DNA of 64,000 bases from Balanoglossus misakiensis (GCA_040954595.2 CM082595.2:333690-397689), one strand, 5' to 3'; shown: positions 1-13,043, counted from the first letter of the stretch. The notes: generated from the sequence alone by a model not told the origin. Numbers and translations: made by a program.

Positions 1-3000
1 TAGCTCATGAAATCACCCAGAAATGACAATTTTTCGACTTTGCGGATTTTCGAAATTTGGTGATTTTTTGAGAAAAACCATGGGTTATAGCTCATGAAAT
101 CACCCAGAAATGACAATTTTTCGACTTTGCGGATTTTCGAAATTTGGTGATTTTTTGAGAAAAACCATGGGTTATAGCTCATGAAATCACCCAGAAATGA
201 CAATTTTTCGACTTTGCGGATTTTCGAAATTTGGTGATTTTTTGAGAAAAATCATGGGTTATAGCTCATGAAATCACCCAGAAATGACAATTTTTCGACT
301 TTGCGGATTTTCGAAATTTGGTGATTTTTTGAGAAAAACCATGGGTTATAGCTCATGAAATCACCCAGAAATGACAATTTTTCGACTTTGCGGATTTTCG
401 AAATTTGGTGATTTTTTGAGAAAAATCATGGGTTATAGCTCATGAAATCACCCAGAAATGACAATTTTTCGACTTTGCGGATTTTCGAAATTTGGTGATT
501 TTTTGAGAAAAATCATGGGTTATAGCTCATGAAATCACCCAGAAATGACAATTTTTCGACTTTGCGGATTTTCGAAATTTGGTGATTTTTTGAGAAAAAT
601 CATGGGTTATAGCTCATGAAATCACCCAGAAATGACAATTTTTCGACTTTGCGGATTTTCGAAATTTGGTGATTTTTTGAGAAAAACCATGGGTTATAGC
701 TCATGAAATCACCCAGAAATGACAATTTTTCGACTTTGCGGATTTTCGAAATTTGGTGATTTTTTGAGAAAAATCATGGGTTATAGCTCATGAAATCACC
801 CAGAAATGACAATTTTTCGACTTTGCGGATTTTCGAAATTTGGTGATTTTTTGAGAAAAATCATGGGTTATAGCTCATGAAATCACCCAGAAATGACAAT
901 TTTTCGACTTTGCGGATTTTCGAAATTTGGTGATTTTTTGAGAAAAATCATGGGTTATAGCTCATGAAATCACCCAGAAATGACAATTTTTCGACTTTGC
1001 GGATTTTCGAAATTTGGTGATTTTTTGAGAAAAATCATGGGTTATAGCTCATGAAATCACCCAGAAATGACAATTTTTCGACTTTGCGGATTTTCGAAAT
1101 TTGGTGATTTTTTGAGAAAAATCATGGGTTATAGCTCATGAAATCACCCAGAAATGACAATTTTTCGACTTTGCGGATTTTCGAAATTTGGTGATTTTTT
1201 GAGAAAAATCATGGGTTATAGCTCATGAAATCACCCAGAAATGACAATTTTTCGACTTTGCGGATTTTCGAAATTTGGTGATTTTTTGAGAAAAACCATG
1301 GGTTATAGCTCATGAAATCACCCAGAAATGACAATTTTTCGACTTTGCGGATTTTCGAAATTTGGTGATTTTTTGAGAAAAATCATGGGTTATAGCTCAT
1401 GAAATCACCCAGAAATGACAATTTTTCGACTTTGCGGATTTTCGAAATTTGGTGATTTTTTGAGAAAAATCATGGGTTATAGCTCATGAAATCACCCAGA
1501 AATGACAATTTTTCGACTTTGCGGATTTTCGAAATTTGGTGATTTTTTGAGAAAAACCATGGGTTATAGCTCATGAAATCACTCAGAAATGACAATTTTT
1601 CGACTTTGCGGATTTTCGAAATTTGGTGATTTTTTGAGAAAAATCATGGGTTATAGCTCATGAAATCACCCAGAAATGACAATTTTTCGACTTTGCGGAT
1701 TTTCGAAATTTGGTGATTTTTTGAGAAAAATCATGGGTTATAGCTCATGAAATCACCCAGAAATGACAATTTTTCGACTTTGCGGATTTTCGAAATTTGG
1801 TGATTTTTTGAGAAAAATCATGGGTTATAGCTCATGAAATCACCCAGAAATGACAATTTTTCGACTTTGCGGATTTTCGAAATTTGGTGATTTTTTGAGA
1901 AAAACCATGGGTTATAGCTCATGAAATCACCCAGAAATGACAATTTTTCGACTTTGCGGATTTTCGAAATTTGGTGATTTTTTGAGAAAAATCATGGGTT
2001 ATAGCTCATGAAATCACTCAGAAATGACAATTTTTCGACTTTGCGGATTTTCGAAATTTGGTGATTTTTTGAGAAAAATCATGGGTTATAGCTCATGAAA
2101 TCACCCAGAAATGACAATTTTTCGACTTTGCGGATTTTCGAAATTTGGTGATTTTTTGAGAAAAATCATGGGTTATAGCTCATGAAATCACCCAGAAATG
2201 ACAATTTTTCGACTTTGCGGATTTTCGAAATTTGGTGATTTTTTGAGAAAAATCATGGGTTATAGCTCATGAAATCACTCAGAAATGACAATTTTTCGAC
2301 TTTGCGGATTTTCGAAATTTGGTGATTTTTTGAGAAAAATCATGGGTTATAGCTCATGAAATCACCCAGAAATGACAATTTTTCGACTTTGCGGATTTTC
2401 GAAATTTGGTGATTTTTTGAGAAAAACCATGGGTTATAGCTCATGAAATCACCCAGAAATGACAATTTTTCGACTTTGCGGATTTTCGAAATTTGGTGAT
2501 TTTTTGAGAAAAATCATGGGTTATAGCTCATGAAATCACCCAGAAATGACAATTTTTCGACTTTGCGGATTTTCGAAATTTGGTGATTTTTTGAGAAAAA
2601 TCATGGGTTATAGCTCATGAAATCACCCAGAAATGACAATTTTTCGACTTTGCGGATTTTCGAAATTTGGTGATTTTTTGAGAAAAACCATGGGTTATAG
2701 CTCATGAAATCACTCAGAAATGACAATTTTTCGACTTTGCGGATTTTCGAAATTTGGTGATTTTTTGAGAAAAATCATGGGTTATAGCTCATGAAATCAC
2801 CCAGAAATGACAATTTTTCGACTTTGCGGATTTTCGAAATTTGGTGATTTTTTGAGAAAAATCATGGGTTATAGCTCATGAAATCACCCAGAAATGACAA
2901 TTTTTCGACTTTGCGGATTTTCGAAATTTGGTGATTTTTTGAGAAAAATCATGGGTTATAGCTCATGAAATCACCCAGAAATGACAATTTTTCGACTTTG

Positions 3001-6000
3001 CGGATTTTCGAAATTTGGTGATTTTTTGAGAAAAATCATGGGTTATAGCTCATGAAATCACTCAGAAATGACAATTTTTCGACTTTGCGGATTTTCGAAA
3101 TTTGGTGATTTTTTGAGAAAAATCATGGGTTATAGCTCATGAAATCACCCAGAAATGACAATTTTTCGACTTTGCGGATTTTCGAAATTTGGTGATTTTT
3201 TGAGAAAAATCATGGGTTATAGCTCATGAAATCACTCAGAAATGACAATTTTTCGACTTTGCGGATTTTCGAAATTTGGTGATTTTTTGAGAAAAATCAT
3301 GGGTTATAGCTCATGAAATCACCCAGAAATGACAATTTTTCGACTTTGCGGATTTTCGAAATTTGGTGATTTTTTGAGAAAAACCATGGGTTATAGCTCA
3401 TGAAATCACTCAGAAATGACAATTTTTCGACTTTGCGGATTTTCGAAATTTGGTGATTTTTTGAGAAAAAGCATGGGTTATAGCTCATGAAAATCACCCA
3501 GAAATGACAATTTTTCGACTTTGCGGATTTTCGAAATTTGGTGATTTTTTGAGAAAAAGCATGGGTTATAGCTCATGAAATCACCCAGAAATGACAATTT
3601 TTCGACTTTGCGGATTTTCGAAATTTGGTGATTTTTTGAGAAAAACCATGGGTTATAGCTCATGAAATCACTCAGAAATGACAATTTTTCGACTTTGCGG
3701 ATTTTCGAAATTTGGTGATTTTTTGAGAAAAATCATGGGTTATAGCTCATGAAATCACCCAGAAATGACAATTTTTCGACTTTGCGGATTTTCGAAATTT
3801 GGTGATTTTTTGAGAAAAACCATGGGTTATAGCTCATGAAATCACCCAGAAATGACAATTTTTCGACTTTGCGGATTTTCGAAATTTGGTGATTTTTTGA
3901 GAAAAACCATGGGTTATAGCTCATGAAATCACCCAGAAATGACAATTTTTCGACTTTGCGGATTTTCGAAATTTGGTGATTTTTTGAGAAAAACCATGGG
4001 TTATAGCTCATGAAATCACCCAGAAATGACAATTTTTCGACTTTGCGGATTTTCGAAATTTGGTGATTTTTTGAGAAAAATCATGGGTTATAGCTCATGA
4101 AATCACCCAGAAATGACAATTTTTCGACTTTGCGGATTTTCGAAATTTGGTGATTTTTTGAGAAAAACCATGGGTTATAGCTCATGAAATCACTCAGAAA
4201 TGACAATTTTTCGACTTTGCGGATTTTCGAAATTTGGTGATTTTTTGAGAAAAATCATGGGTTATAGCTCATGAAATCACCCAGAAATGACAATTTTTCG
4301 ACTTTGCGGATTTTCGAAATTTGGTGATTTTTTGAGAAAAATCATGGGTTATAGCTCATGAAATCACCCAGAAATGACAATTTTTCGACTTTGCGGATTT
4401 TCGAAATTTGGTGATTTTTTGAGAAAAATCATGGGTTATAGCTCATGAAATCACTCAGAAATGACAATTTTTCGACTTTGCGGATTTTCGAAATTTGGTG
4501 ATTTTTTGAGAAAAATCATGGGTTATAGCTCATGAAATCACCCAGAAATGACAATTTTTCGACTTTGCGGATTTTCGACATTTGGTGATTTTTTGAGAAA
4601 AACCATGGGTTATAGCTCATGAAATCACCCAGAAATGACAATTTTTCGACTTTGCGGATTTTCGAAATTTGGTGATTTTTTGAGAAAAACCATGGGTTAT
4701 ATTGCTCATGAAATCACTCAGAAATGACAATTTTTCGACTTTGCGGATTTTCGAAATTTGGTGATTTTTTGAGAAAAATCATGGGTTATAGCTCATGAAA
4801 TCACCCAGAAATGACAATTTTTCGACTTTGCGGATTTTCGAAATTTGGTGATTTTTTGAGAAAAATCATGGGTTATAGCTCATGAAATCACCCAGAAATG
4901 ACAATTTTTCGACTTTGCGGATTTTCGAAATTTGGTGATTTTTTGAGAAAAACCATGGGTTATAGCTCATGAAATCACTCAGAAATGACAATTTTTCGAC
5001 TTTGCGGATTTTCGAAATTTGGTGATTTTTTGAGAAAAATCATGGGTTATAGCTCATGAAATCACCCAGAAATGACAATTTTTCGACTTTGCGGATTTTC
5101 GAAATTTGGTGATTTTTTGAGAAAAACCATGGGTTATAGCTCATGAAATCACTCAGAAATGACAATTTTTCGACTTTGCGGATTTTCGAAATTTGGTGAT
5201 TTTTTGAGAAAAATCATGGGTTATAAATCACCCAGAAATGACAATTTTTCGACTTTGCGGATTTTCGAAATTTGGTGATTTTTTGAGAAAAATCATGGGT
5301 TATAGCTCATGAAATCACCCAGAAATGACAATTTTTCGACTTTGCGGATTTTCGAAATTTGGTGATTTTTTGAGAAAAACCATGGGTTATAGCTCATGAA
5401 ATCACTCAGAAATGACAATTTTTCGACTTTGCGGATTTTCGAAATTTGGTGATTTTTTGAGAAAAATCATGGGTTATAGCTCATGAAATCACCCAGAAAT
5501 GACAATTTTTCGACTTTGCGGATTTTCGAAATTTGGTGATTTTTTGAGAAAAACCATGGGTTATAGCTCATGAAATCACTCAGAAATGACAATTTTTCGA
5601 CTTTGCGGATTTTCGAAATTTGGTGATTTTTTGAGAAAAATCATGGGTTATAGCTCATGAAATCACCCAGAAATGACAATTTTTCGACTTTGCGGATTTT
5701 CGAAATTTGGTGATTTTTTGAGAAAAACCATGGGTTATAGCTCATGAAATCACTCAGAAATGACAATTTTTCGACTTTGCGGATTTTCGAAATTTGGTGA
5801 TTTTTTGAGAAAAACCATGGGTTATAGCTCATGAAATCACTCAGAAATGACAATTTTTCGACTTTGCGGATTTTCGAAATTTGGTGATTTTTTGAGAAAA
5901 ATCATGGGTTATAGCTCATGAAATCACCCAGAAATGACAATTTTTCGACTTTGCGGATTTTCGAAATTTGGTGATTTTTTGAGAAAAATCATGGGTTATA

Positions 6001-7271
6001 GCTCATGAAATCACCCAGAAATGACAATTTTTCGACTTTGCGGATTTTCGAAATTTGGTGATTTTTTGAGAAAAACCATGGGTTATAGCTCATGAAATCA
6101 CTCAGAAATGACAATTTTTCGACTTTGCGGATTTTCGAAATTTGGTGATTTTTTGAGAAAAATCATGGGTTATAGCTCATGAAATCACCCAGAAATGACA
6201 ATTTTTCGACTTTGCGGATTTTCGAAATTTGGTGATTTTTTGAGAAAAACCATGGGTTATAGCTCATGAAATCACTCAGAAATGACAATTTTTCGACTTT
6301 GCGGATTTTCGAAATTTGGTGATTTTTTGAGAAAAATCATGGGTTATAAATCACCCAGAAATGACAATTTTTCGACTTTGCGGATTTTCGAAATTTGGTG
6401 ATTTTTTGAGAAAAATCATGGGTTATAGCTCATGAAATCACCCAGAAATGACAATTTTTCGACTTTGCGGATTTTCGAAATTTGGTGATTTTTTGAGAAA
6501 AACCATGGGTTATAGCTCATGAAATCACTCAGAAATGACAATTTTTCGACTTTGCGGATTTTCGAAATTTGGTGATTTTTTGAGAAAAATCATGGGTTAT
6601 AGCTCATGAAATCACCCAGAAATGACAATTTTTCGACTTTGCGGATTTTCGAAATTTGGTGATTTTTTGAGAAAAATCATGGGTTATAGCTCATGAAATC
6701 ACTCAGAAATGACAATTTTTCGACTTTGCGGATTTTCGAAATTTGGTGATTTTTTGAGAAAAATCATGGGTTATAGCTCATGAAATCACCCAGAAATGAC
6801 AATTTTTCGACTTTGCGGATTTTCGAAATTTGGTGATTTTTTGAGAAAAATCATGGGTTATAGCTCATGAAATCACTCAGAAATGACAATTTTACGACTT
6901 TGCGGATTTTCGAAATTTGGTGATTTTTTGAGAAAAATCATGGGTTATAGCTCATGAAATCACCCAGAAATGACAATTTTTCGACTTTGCGGATTTTCGA
7001 AATTTGGTGATTTTTTGAGAAAAATCATGGGTTATAGCTCATGAAATCACTCAGAAATGACAATTTTTCGACTTTGCGGATTTTCGAAATTTGGTGATTT
7101 TTTGAGAAAAATCATGGGTTATAGCTCATGAAATCACTCAGAAATGACAATTTTTCGACTTTGCGGATTTTCGAAATTTGGTGATTTTTTGAGAAAAACC
7201 ATGGGTTATAGCTCATGAAATCACTCAGAAATGACAATTTTTCGACTTTGCGGATTTTCGAAATTTGGTGA
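1..7271. repeat. 87-bp tandem satellite array (~83 copies visible, runs off the left edge)
   Basis: Monomer CATGGGTTATAGCTCATGAAATCAC(C/T)CAGAAATGACAATTTTTCGACTTTGCGGATTTTCGAAATTTGGTGATTTTTTGAGAAAAA(T/C) repeats with 87-bp period. Nearly all variation is at two diallelic positions. Confidence 0.98.
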
Positions 7272-9070
7272 TTTTTGGAGAAAAAGCATGGGTTATAGCT
7301 CAGGAAAATCACCCAGAAATGACAATTTTTCGACTTTGCGGATTTTCGAAATTTGGTGATTTTTGGAGAAAAAGCATGGGTTATAGCTCAGGAAAATCAC
7401 CCAGAAATGACAATTTTTCGACTTTGCGGATTTTCGAAATTTGGTGATTTTTGGAGAAAAAGCATGGGTTATAGCTCAGGAAAATCACCCAGAAATGACA
7501 ATTTTTCGACTTTGCGGATTTTCGAAATTTGGTGATTTTTGGAGAAAAAGCATGGGTTATAGCTCAGGAAAATCACCCAGAAATGACAATTTTTCGACTT
7601 TGCGGATTTTCGAAATTTGGTGATTTTTGGAGAAAAAGCATGGGTTATAGCTCAGGAAAATCACCCAGAAATGACAATTTTTCGACTTTGCGGATTTTCG
7701 AAATTTGGTGATTTTTGGAGAAAAAGCATGGGTTATAGCTCAGGAAAATCACCCAGAAATGACAATTTTTCGACTTTGCGGATTTTCGAAATTTGGTGAT
7801 TTTTGGAGAAAAAGCATGGGTTATAGCTCAGGAAAATCACCCAGAAATGACAATTTTTCGACTTTGCGGATTTTCGAAATTTGGTGATTTTTGGAGAAAA
7901 AGCATGGGTTATAGCTCAGGAAAATCACCCAGAAATGACAATTTTTCGACTTTGCGGATTTTCGAAATTTGGTGATTTTTGGAGAAAAAGCATGGGTTAT
8001 AGCTCAGGAAAATCACCCAGAAATGACAATTTTTCGACTTTGCGGATTTTCGAAATTTGGTGATTTTTGGAGAAAAAGCATGGGTTATAGCTCAGGAAAA
8101 TCACCCAGAAATGACAATTTTTCGACTTTGCGGATTTTCGAAATTTGGTGATTTTTGGAGAAAAAGCATGGGTTATAGCTCAGGAAAATCACCCAGAAAT
8201 GACAATTTTTCGACTTTGCGGATTTTCGAAATTTGGTGATTTTTGGAGAAAAAGCATGGGTTATAGCTCAGGAAAATCACCCAGAAATGACAATTTTTCG
8301 ACTTTGCGGATTTTCGAAATTTGGTGATTTTTGGAGAAAAAGCATGGGTTATAGCACAGGAAAATCACCCAGAAATGACAATTTTTCGACTTTGCGGATT
8401 TTCGAAATTTGGTGATTTTTGGAGAAAAAGCATGGGTTATAGCTCAGGAAAATCACCCAGAAATGACAATTTTTCGACTTTGCGGATTTTTGAAATTTGG
8501 TGATTTTTGGAGAAAAAGCATGGGTTATAGCTCAGGAAAATCACCCAGAAATGACAATTTTTCGACTTTGCGGATTTTCGAAATTTGGTGATTTTTGGAG
8601 AAAAAGCATGGGTTATAGCTCAGGAAAATCACCCAGAAATGACAATTTTTCGACTTTGCGGATTTTCGAAATTTGGTGATTTTTGGAGAAAAACCATGGG
8701 TTATAGCTCAGGAAAATCACCCAGAAATGACAATTTTTCGACTTTGCGGATTTTCGAAATTTGGTGATTTTTGGAGAAAAACCATGGGTTATAGCTCAGG
8801 AAAATCACCCAGAAATGACAATTTTTCGACTTTGCGGATTTTCGAAATTTGGTGATTTTTGGAGAAAAACCATGGGTTATAGCTCAGGAAAATCACCCAG
8901 AAATGACAATTTTTCGACTTTGCGGATTTTGAAATTTGGTGATTTTTGGAGAAAAAGCATGGGTTATAGCTCAGGAAAATCACCCAGAAATGACAATTTT
9001 TCGACTTTGCGGATTTTCGAAATTTGGTGATTTTTGGAGAAAAAGCATGGGTTATAGCTCAGGAAAATCA
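7272..9070. repeat. 88-bp subfamily of the same satellite (~20 copies)
   Basis: Abrupt switch to TTTTTGGAGAAAAAGCATGGGTTATAGCTCAGGAAAATCACC. The 88-bp period is confirmed by the ORF track (starts 7265, 7353, 7441...). Confidence 0.97.
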
Positions 9071-9165
9071 TGACAATTTTTCGAGTTTGCGAAAGTTCAA
9101 AATTTCCTATTTTTTTAAAAAATACCATGGGTTATAGCTTATGAACGCTCAAAAATGACAAAATC
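9071..9165. repeat. Degenerate edge monomer(s) of the satellite
   Basis: TGACAATTTTTCGAGTTTGCG...ACCATGGGTTATAGCTTATGAA...AAATGACAAA is recognisable but diverged. Confidence 0.85.
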
Positions 9166-9640
9166 TTGTGTGTGTTTTTTATAAATAAGCAGACACCAAA
9201 GATTGAAATTTATTTTATTGTATTTTATTTCATTTTCTATAAAATCATGACAAAACCAAAGTATTGAAATTGCACTTGTCATTTCAGGTCTATCTGTTGA
9301 ATGGTTGATGACCAATCGAAAGAAGTGGAGTCGAGTCCGGCCGTCGTCTGAATGATCTGAAAAAACAAGGTAAGTATAAGTATAGGGGAGGGGAATTAAA
9401 ACATGATTAAGTTTAATAAGTAAAGGGGAACACTTTTCAAAAATTTTCTAAGTTATTTTGAAACCCCGCCCTCCACCCTCACCATCATCATCACCACCAC
9501 TCGATCACCATCATCAACGCTCGATTCGTTGCTCATTATTGGTTTCGGTTATCTTATATAAAAATAAAGTTTGCATGTGTATGGAAACAAAATGTCCACC
9601 TCTTTTTAGATTTTTGTGTGTTTCAATTGTAGTTTCGCTG

Positions 9641-12255
9641 TTACCATTCAAATGATAACTCTGAACCTTTCATTCTTTCGTTGTATATTTTCTCAAAGGC
9701 TTCATTTTCAAATACTGTGAAATGTTTTTTCCAGCCACCCGATCCCCCTAAATAACAAAATAAACAGAAAATAAAGTAAGCTTGTAGTCGGCGTTATTGT
9801 AGAAAAAATACAATCATACCCCTTTGTATTCCAATATCATAGTTACATGATTCAGCCAACATAGAACAGAGTTAATCCCAAAAAGATACGTGGAACTCAG
9901 GCAAAGAGAACAAGTAGTGATTGTCAGGTGTTTTGATACACAGTACACATGTATACATTAATATTCATAAGTTTTGTCTTTACACGTTGTTTCACAGCAT
10001 AACACCTGGCATGAATGTAAAGCATGTCTTTTACAGTCAGTACCATCTCGGCTAAAAATCTCCCAACATTTTGAGTCAGAAAGTGCACAAACTTTAAAAA
10101 AAGCAGACTTGTGAGGCTACCTCACAAACTTTTACAGGATGCATTAGTCTGGTCTTCCGAGGTGACGACTCTTACCTTTCCTGACGAACTGCTGGCCTGA
10201 AATCTCTTCATAATTTACTGCCTTGTTAGTCTTCATTTTGTCAAAAGAACAATAGTCGGTGATCTTATCGATGACGTCACCACTAAGGTCATAGTTCAAA
10301 TACTCCGCAATTTTCACAGTCGCATCTCGTGGATTCTGTTACAATTTAAAAAGTGGTATACGGTATAGAGAGAAATTATCGTCACAAATAAAAAAAAATC
10401 AGTGTAACACTTCGAGTATCAATATAGACGTTATGTAATTCCAATAATAGTGTCCTTAAACTGGATAGTTAAATTTTATTTTGTAAATAGCTGCACCTTA
10501 CCTTTGTCATATCTTCGTACTTTAAAAACAATATGTTATTATCTCGTACATACTTCCACCAACCAAGTGTGTGGTCAAACCAGTCACCGTGTACAACTAC
10601 AAGAAAAATGCATGGAAAATGCACTAATTAAGAATGAAAACACAAATGACAAAATGGATGGGTTATAGCTCATGAAACTTTTCAAAAACTGACAAATTCT
10701 CGACTTTGCGAATTTCGGTAATTTTGTCATTTTTGGACATTTTTCATGGGTTATACCTCATGAAAATTGTCAAAAACTGACAAATTCCCGACGGGTGATT
10801 CGGTTACTCAAAAATACCATGTGATCATCTTACCATATCAGAGATACAAAATGTTTTGCCGAGTATCTCCCAACACATGGCAAGTGATGGAAACTACTTA
10901 CCTTTGTTGTTCATAAACAATTTCAGATAATCAGAAAACCCGCCCTCAAAGTTGCCGAAATCGTCCTTCAATGCCTTATAAAAATGATAATAAGAAACAG
11001 CAGTATCTTTTGGGTTCCTAGCGACAACTATGATCTGAAAGTACAAAGAAAAGAGAAAAAATATCACTATGATTTGATGGTGACTAAAAAGCCAATCGAC
11101 GCACGCGAAGTAAAGTTCAGACCGGACAATCCACCCTTCAAGTACCTTACCTTGCATCCCATCTGAAGAGCTTCGGTCGGGAAGTGATGGACTGGTAGAT
11201 GACTTTTCAGAAGACGCGGAGATTTCATATTTTCCATCATTTTCAAGCCTTCGCATCTATTCATTTTCAAATTAAACGTGAGAATACAAAGTTACTTAGG
11301 TTATCTTGGATTGCTAAATACACTGCTCCAGACGATATGTCCGGATTTTGCAACGACGAATAGTGAAACGAAGAACGCCTAACCCTGCACTCAAATTATC
11401 GGCCGGTAGGTAGTTGGCAGGAACGAAAGTGGTGATAGTTATATGTCATCGAGTCACGTACTGAGGAACCGTTTGGTTGTTGTATTCAATGAAGGGTATC
11501 CTGTCAAAATGATGGGAAGCTTCTGTTGAAGAAGTATCGCCATTATTCATAATCAGATATGCCAATTCCAGTGTCCATGTTGTTCCTGATGTTGTGAAAC
11601 AAGACAGAAAGAACACATCACTCTCAAGTTGCTTTTTCTCAAACTGCGCAAATTCTTTGTGACGACTTCGTAAAAAGAGTCATGTTGCGTGATTTATTAT
11701 TTAAATATAAACCCATGAAAATGTTTCATCTAATGCGAATAAGTGCGCGTGACAATCGAACAAGCTGTCTCGATTATCCAGGGTCCCTTGTTTTGAAACA
11801 CGAGTCACTTTATATAGACATCAGATCAAAGGTCAGTCTTTGTATAGTTTTGTGTCATCTGTGTTGTAAAGACGTAAAATTACTTCTACGACTCCGAGCT
11901 GAGTAAAGCTGTAACAGTGTTGAAGTTATACGCCGAACTTTGGAACATATTGTACTTCACAGATCAAATGACAAAACTTCTGACTGAAAAAAATCGAGCT
12001 ACTGTTTGAACTGGCCATTTAACTACATGTATAGGCTTACATGTAGTTGTTAATAATTTACAAACTCGTGACATTTCATTAACACTTACCTGATTTAGGA
12101 TAAGAAACCACAAAACAATCGTCCGGTTTGATTTTCAAAAGTTCCGGATTTTCTAGTATGTCCTTTCTGACATAATGACAATAATACACACCACCGTGCG
12201 TGTATTCACCTGGTATACGGTAATAGTCTGAGTTAAGCTGAAAAGCATCGGCCAT
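9641..12255 (-). CDS. Cytosolic PAPS-dependent sulfotransferase (SULT1-like), 7 exons, 296 aa
   Basis: Exons 12090-12255, 11462-11585, 11151-11256, 10902-11034, 10502-10596, 10176-10335, 9641-9747 (891 nt, GT-AG, phases consistent). Motifs: 5'-PSB loop SYPKSGTTW, catalytic KSHLP, 3'-PB RNPKDTAVSYYHF, GDWFDH..GWW, LFLKYEDM, C-terminal RKGGSGGWK. Subfamily cannot be assigned. Confidence 0.95.
10658..10808. repeat. Diverged ~1.5 monomers of the 87-bp satellite in sulfotransferase intron 4
   Basis: ATGGGTTATAGCTCATGAAA...CGACTTTGCG...CATGGGTTATACCTCATGAAAA with ~87-bp spacing, ending in GATTCGGTTACT. Confidence 0.85.
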
Positions 12256-12370
12256 GTTTGGAAGGCACGAACTAGAAGGGAAACACGTTTGGTGAAGATT
12301 GCGCTGAGTTGACCCACCCCTTTGAGACTGAGTTGTGTAATGTAAATATTCGGAATATTTGTTTAAGGTG

Positions 12371-12388
12371 AAGGGTCAAATGACCCTT
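12371..12388. promoter_or_regulatory. IR2 nuclear-receptor-type palindrome upstream of the sulfotransferase ATG
   Basis: AAGGGTCA-AA-TGACCCTT has perfect 8-bp arms and lies ~115 bp upstream of the start codon. Function is inferred. Confidence 0.45.
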
Positions 12389-13043
12389 GCTCAAAGTACC
12401 AGGTTTGCAGCTTGAAAAATAAAGTCTGGTGAAGTTATAGTGGTAGTATAGTATTAAAAAATCTGCCAACATTTTTTGCCGAACCAATCAAACACAAGAT
12501 CTGGAACCACAATGTCCGTTGTCAGGACAACAACAATGAGACAATTTCACAAAAGTTTCGGGCATTTCGTCAGTCCTAGTCCAAGCGTATTGAAATGCCC
12601 AGTTTTCGACCTGTTGCCATAGTTTCCATGCTTCAACCCTGTACATTTTCCCGTGAAGCAGAATAGCGTTCTGCATAACAAATCAATTAGCAAAGCAACA
12701 GGCCAAAGTGGCTGGGTGAGTAATGTACAACCACGGTGTGTGGTTTCATGAAATACAGCCAGAAATTGATTCGCCACGTTTAATTGCAACCATGCTTTGA
12801 AACCGACAGAATCGATTACAAACAGAACGGAAACTGTACACGCACTGTAAGGGTGATAATCGGGTGCGTTATGAATATGCAAATATGACCTTTTCCTGAC
12901 CACGGAGTTCTCCCGAGCTGTGAATGTGCATATACTGTATTGTATACGGTATACATGTACGCTTCACTCACTACCAGCTTTGTGCGATCTTCAGAAGTCA
13001 TCAATCGCAGAGTTCAGATATTTGGAGAGAAAAAGTGTCGAAG

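Noticed and set aside
3297-9030. Repeated 60-99 aa ORFs in the satellite
   Set aside because: By-products of the 87-bp (29-codon) and 88-bp periodicity. Stops depend on a single variable base, and there is no domain or gene structure.
1-9165. CRISPR-like array of palindromic repeats
   Set aside because: There are no unique spacers (whole monomers are near-identical), no cas genes, and the context is eukaryotic.
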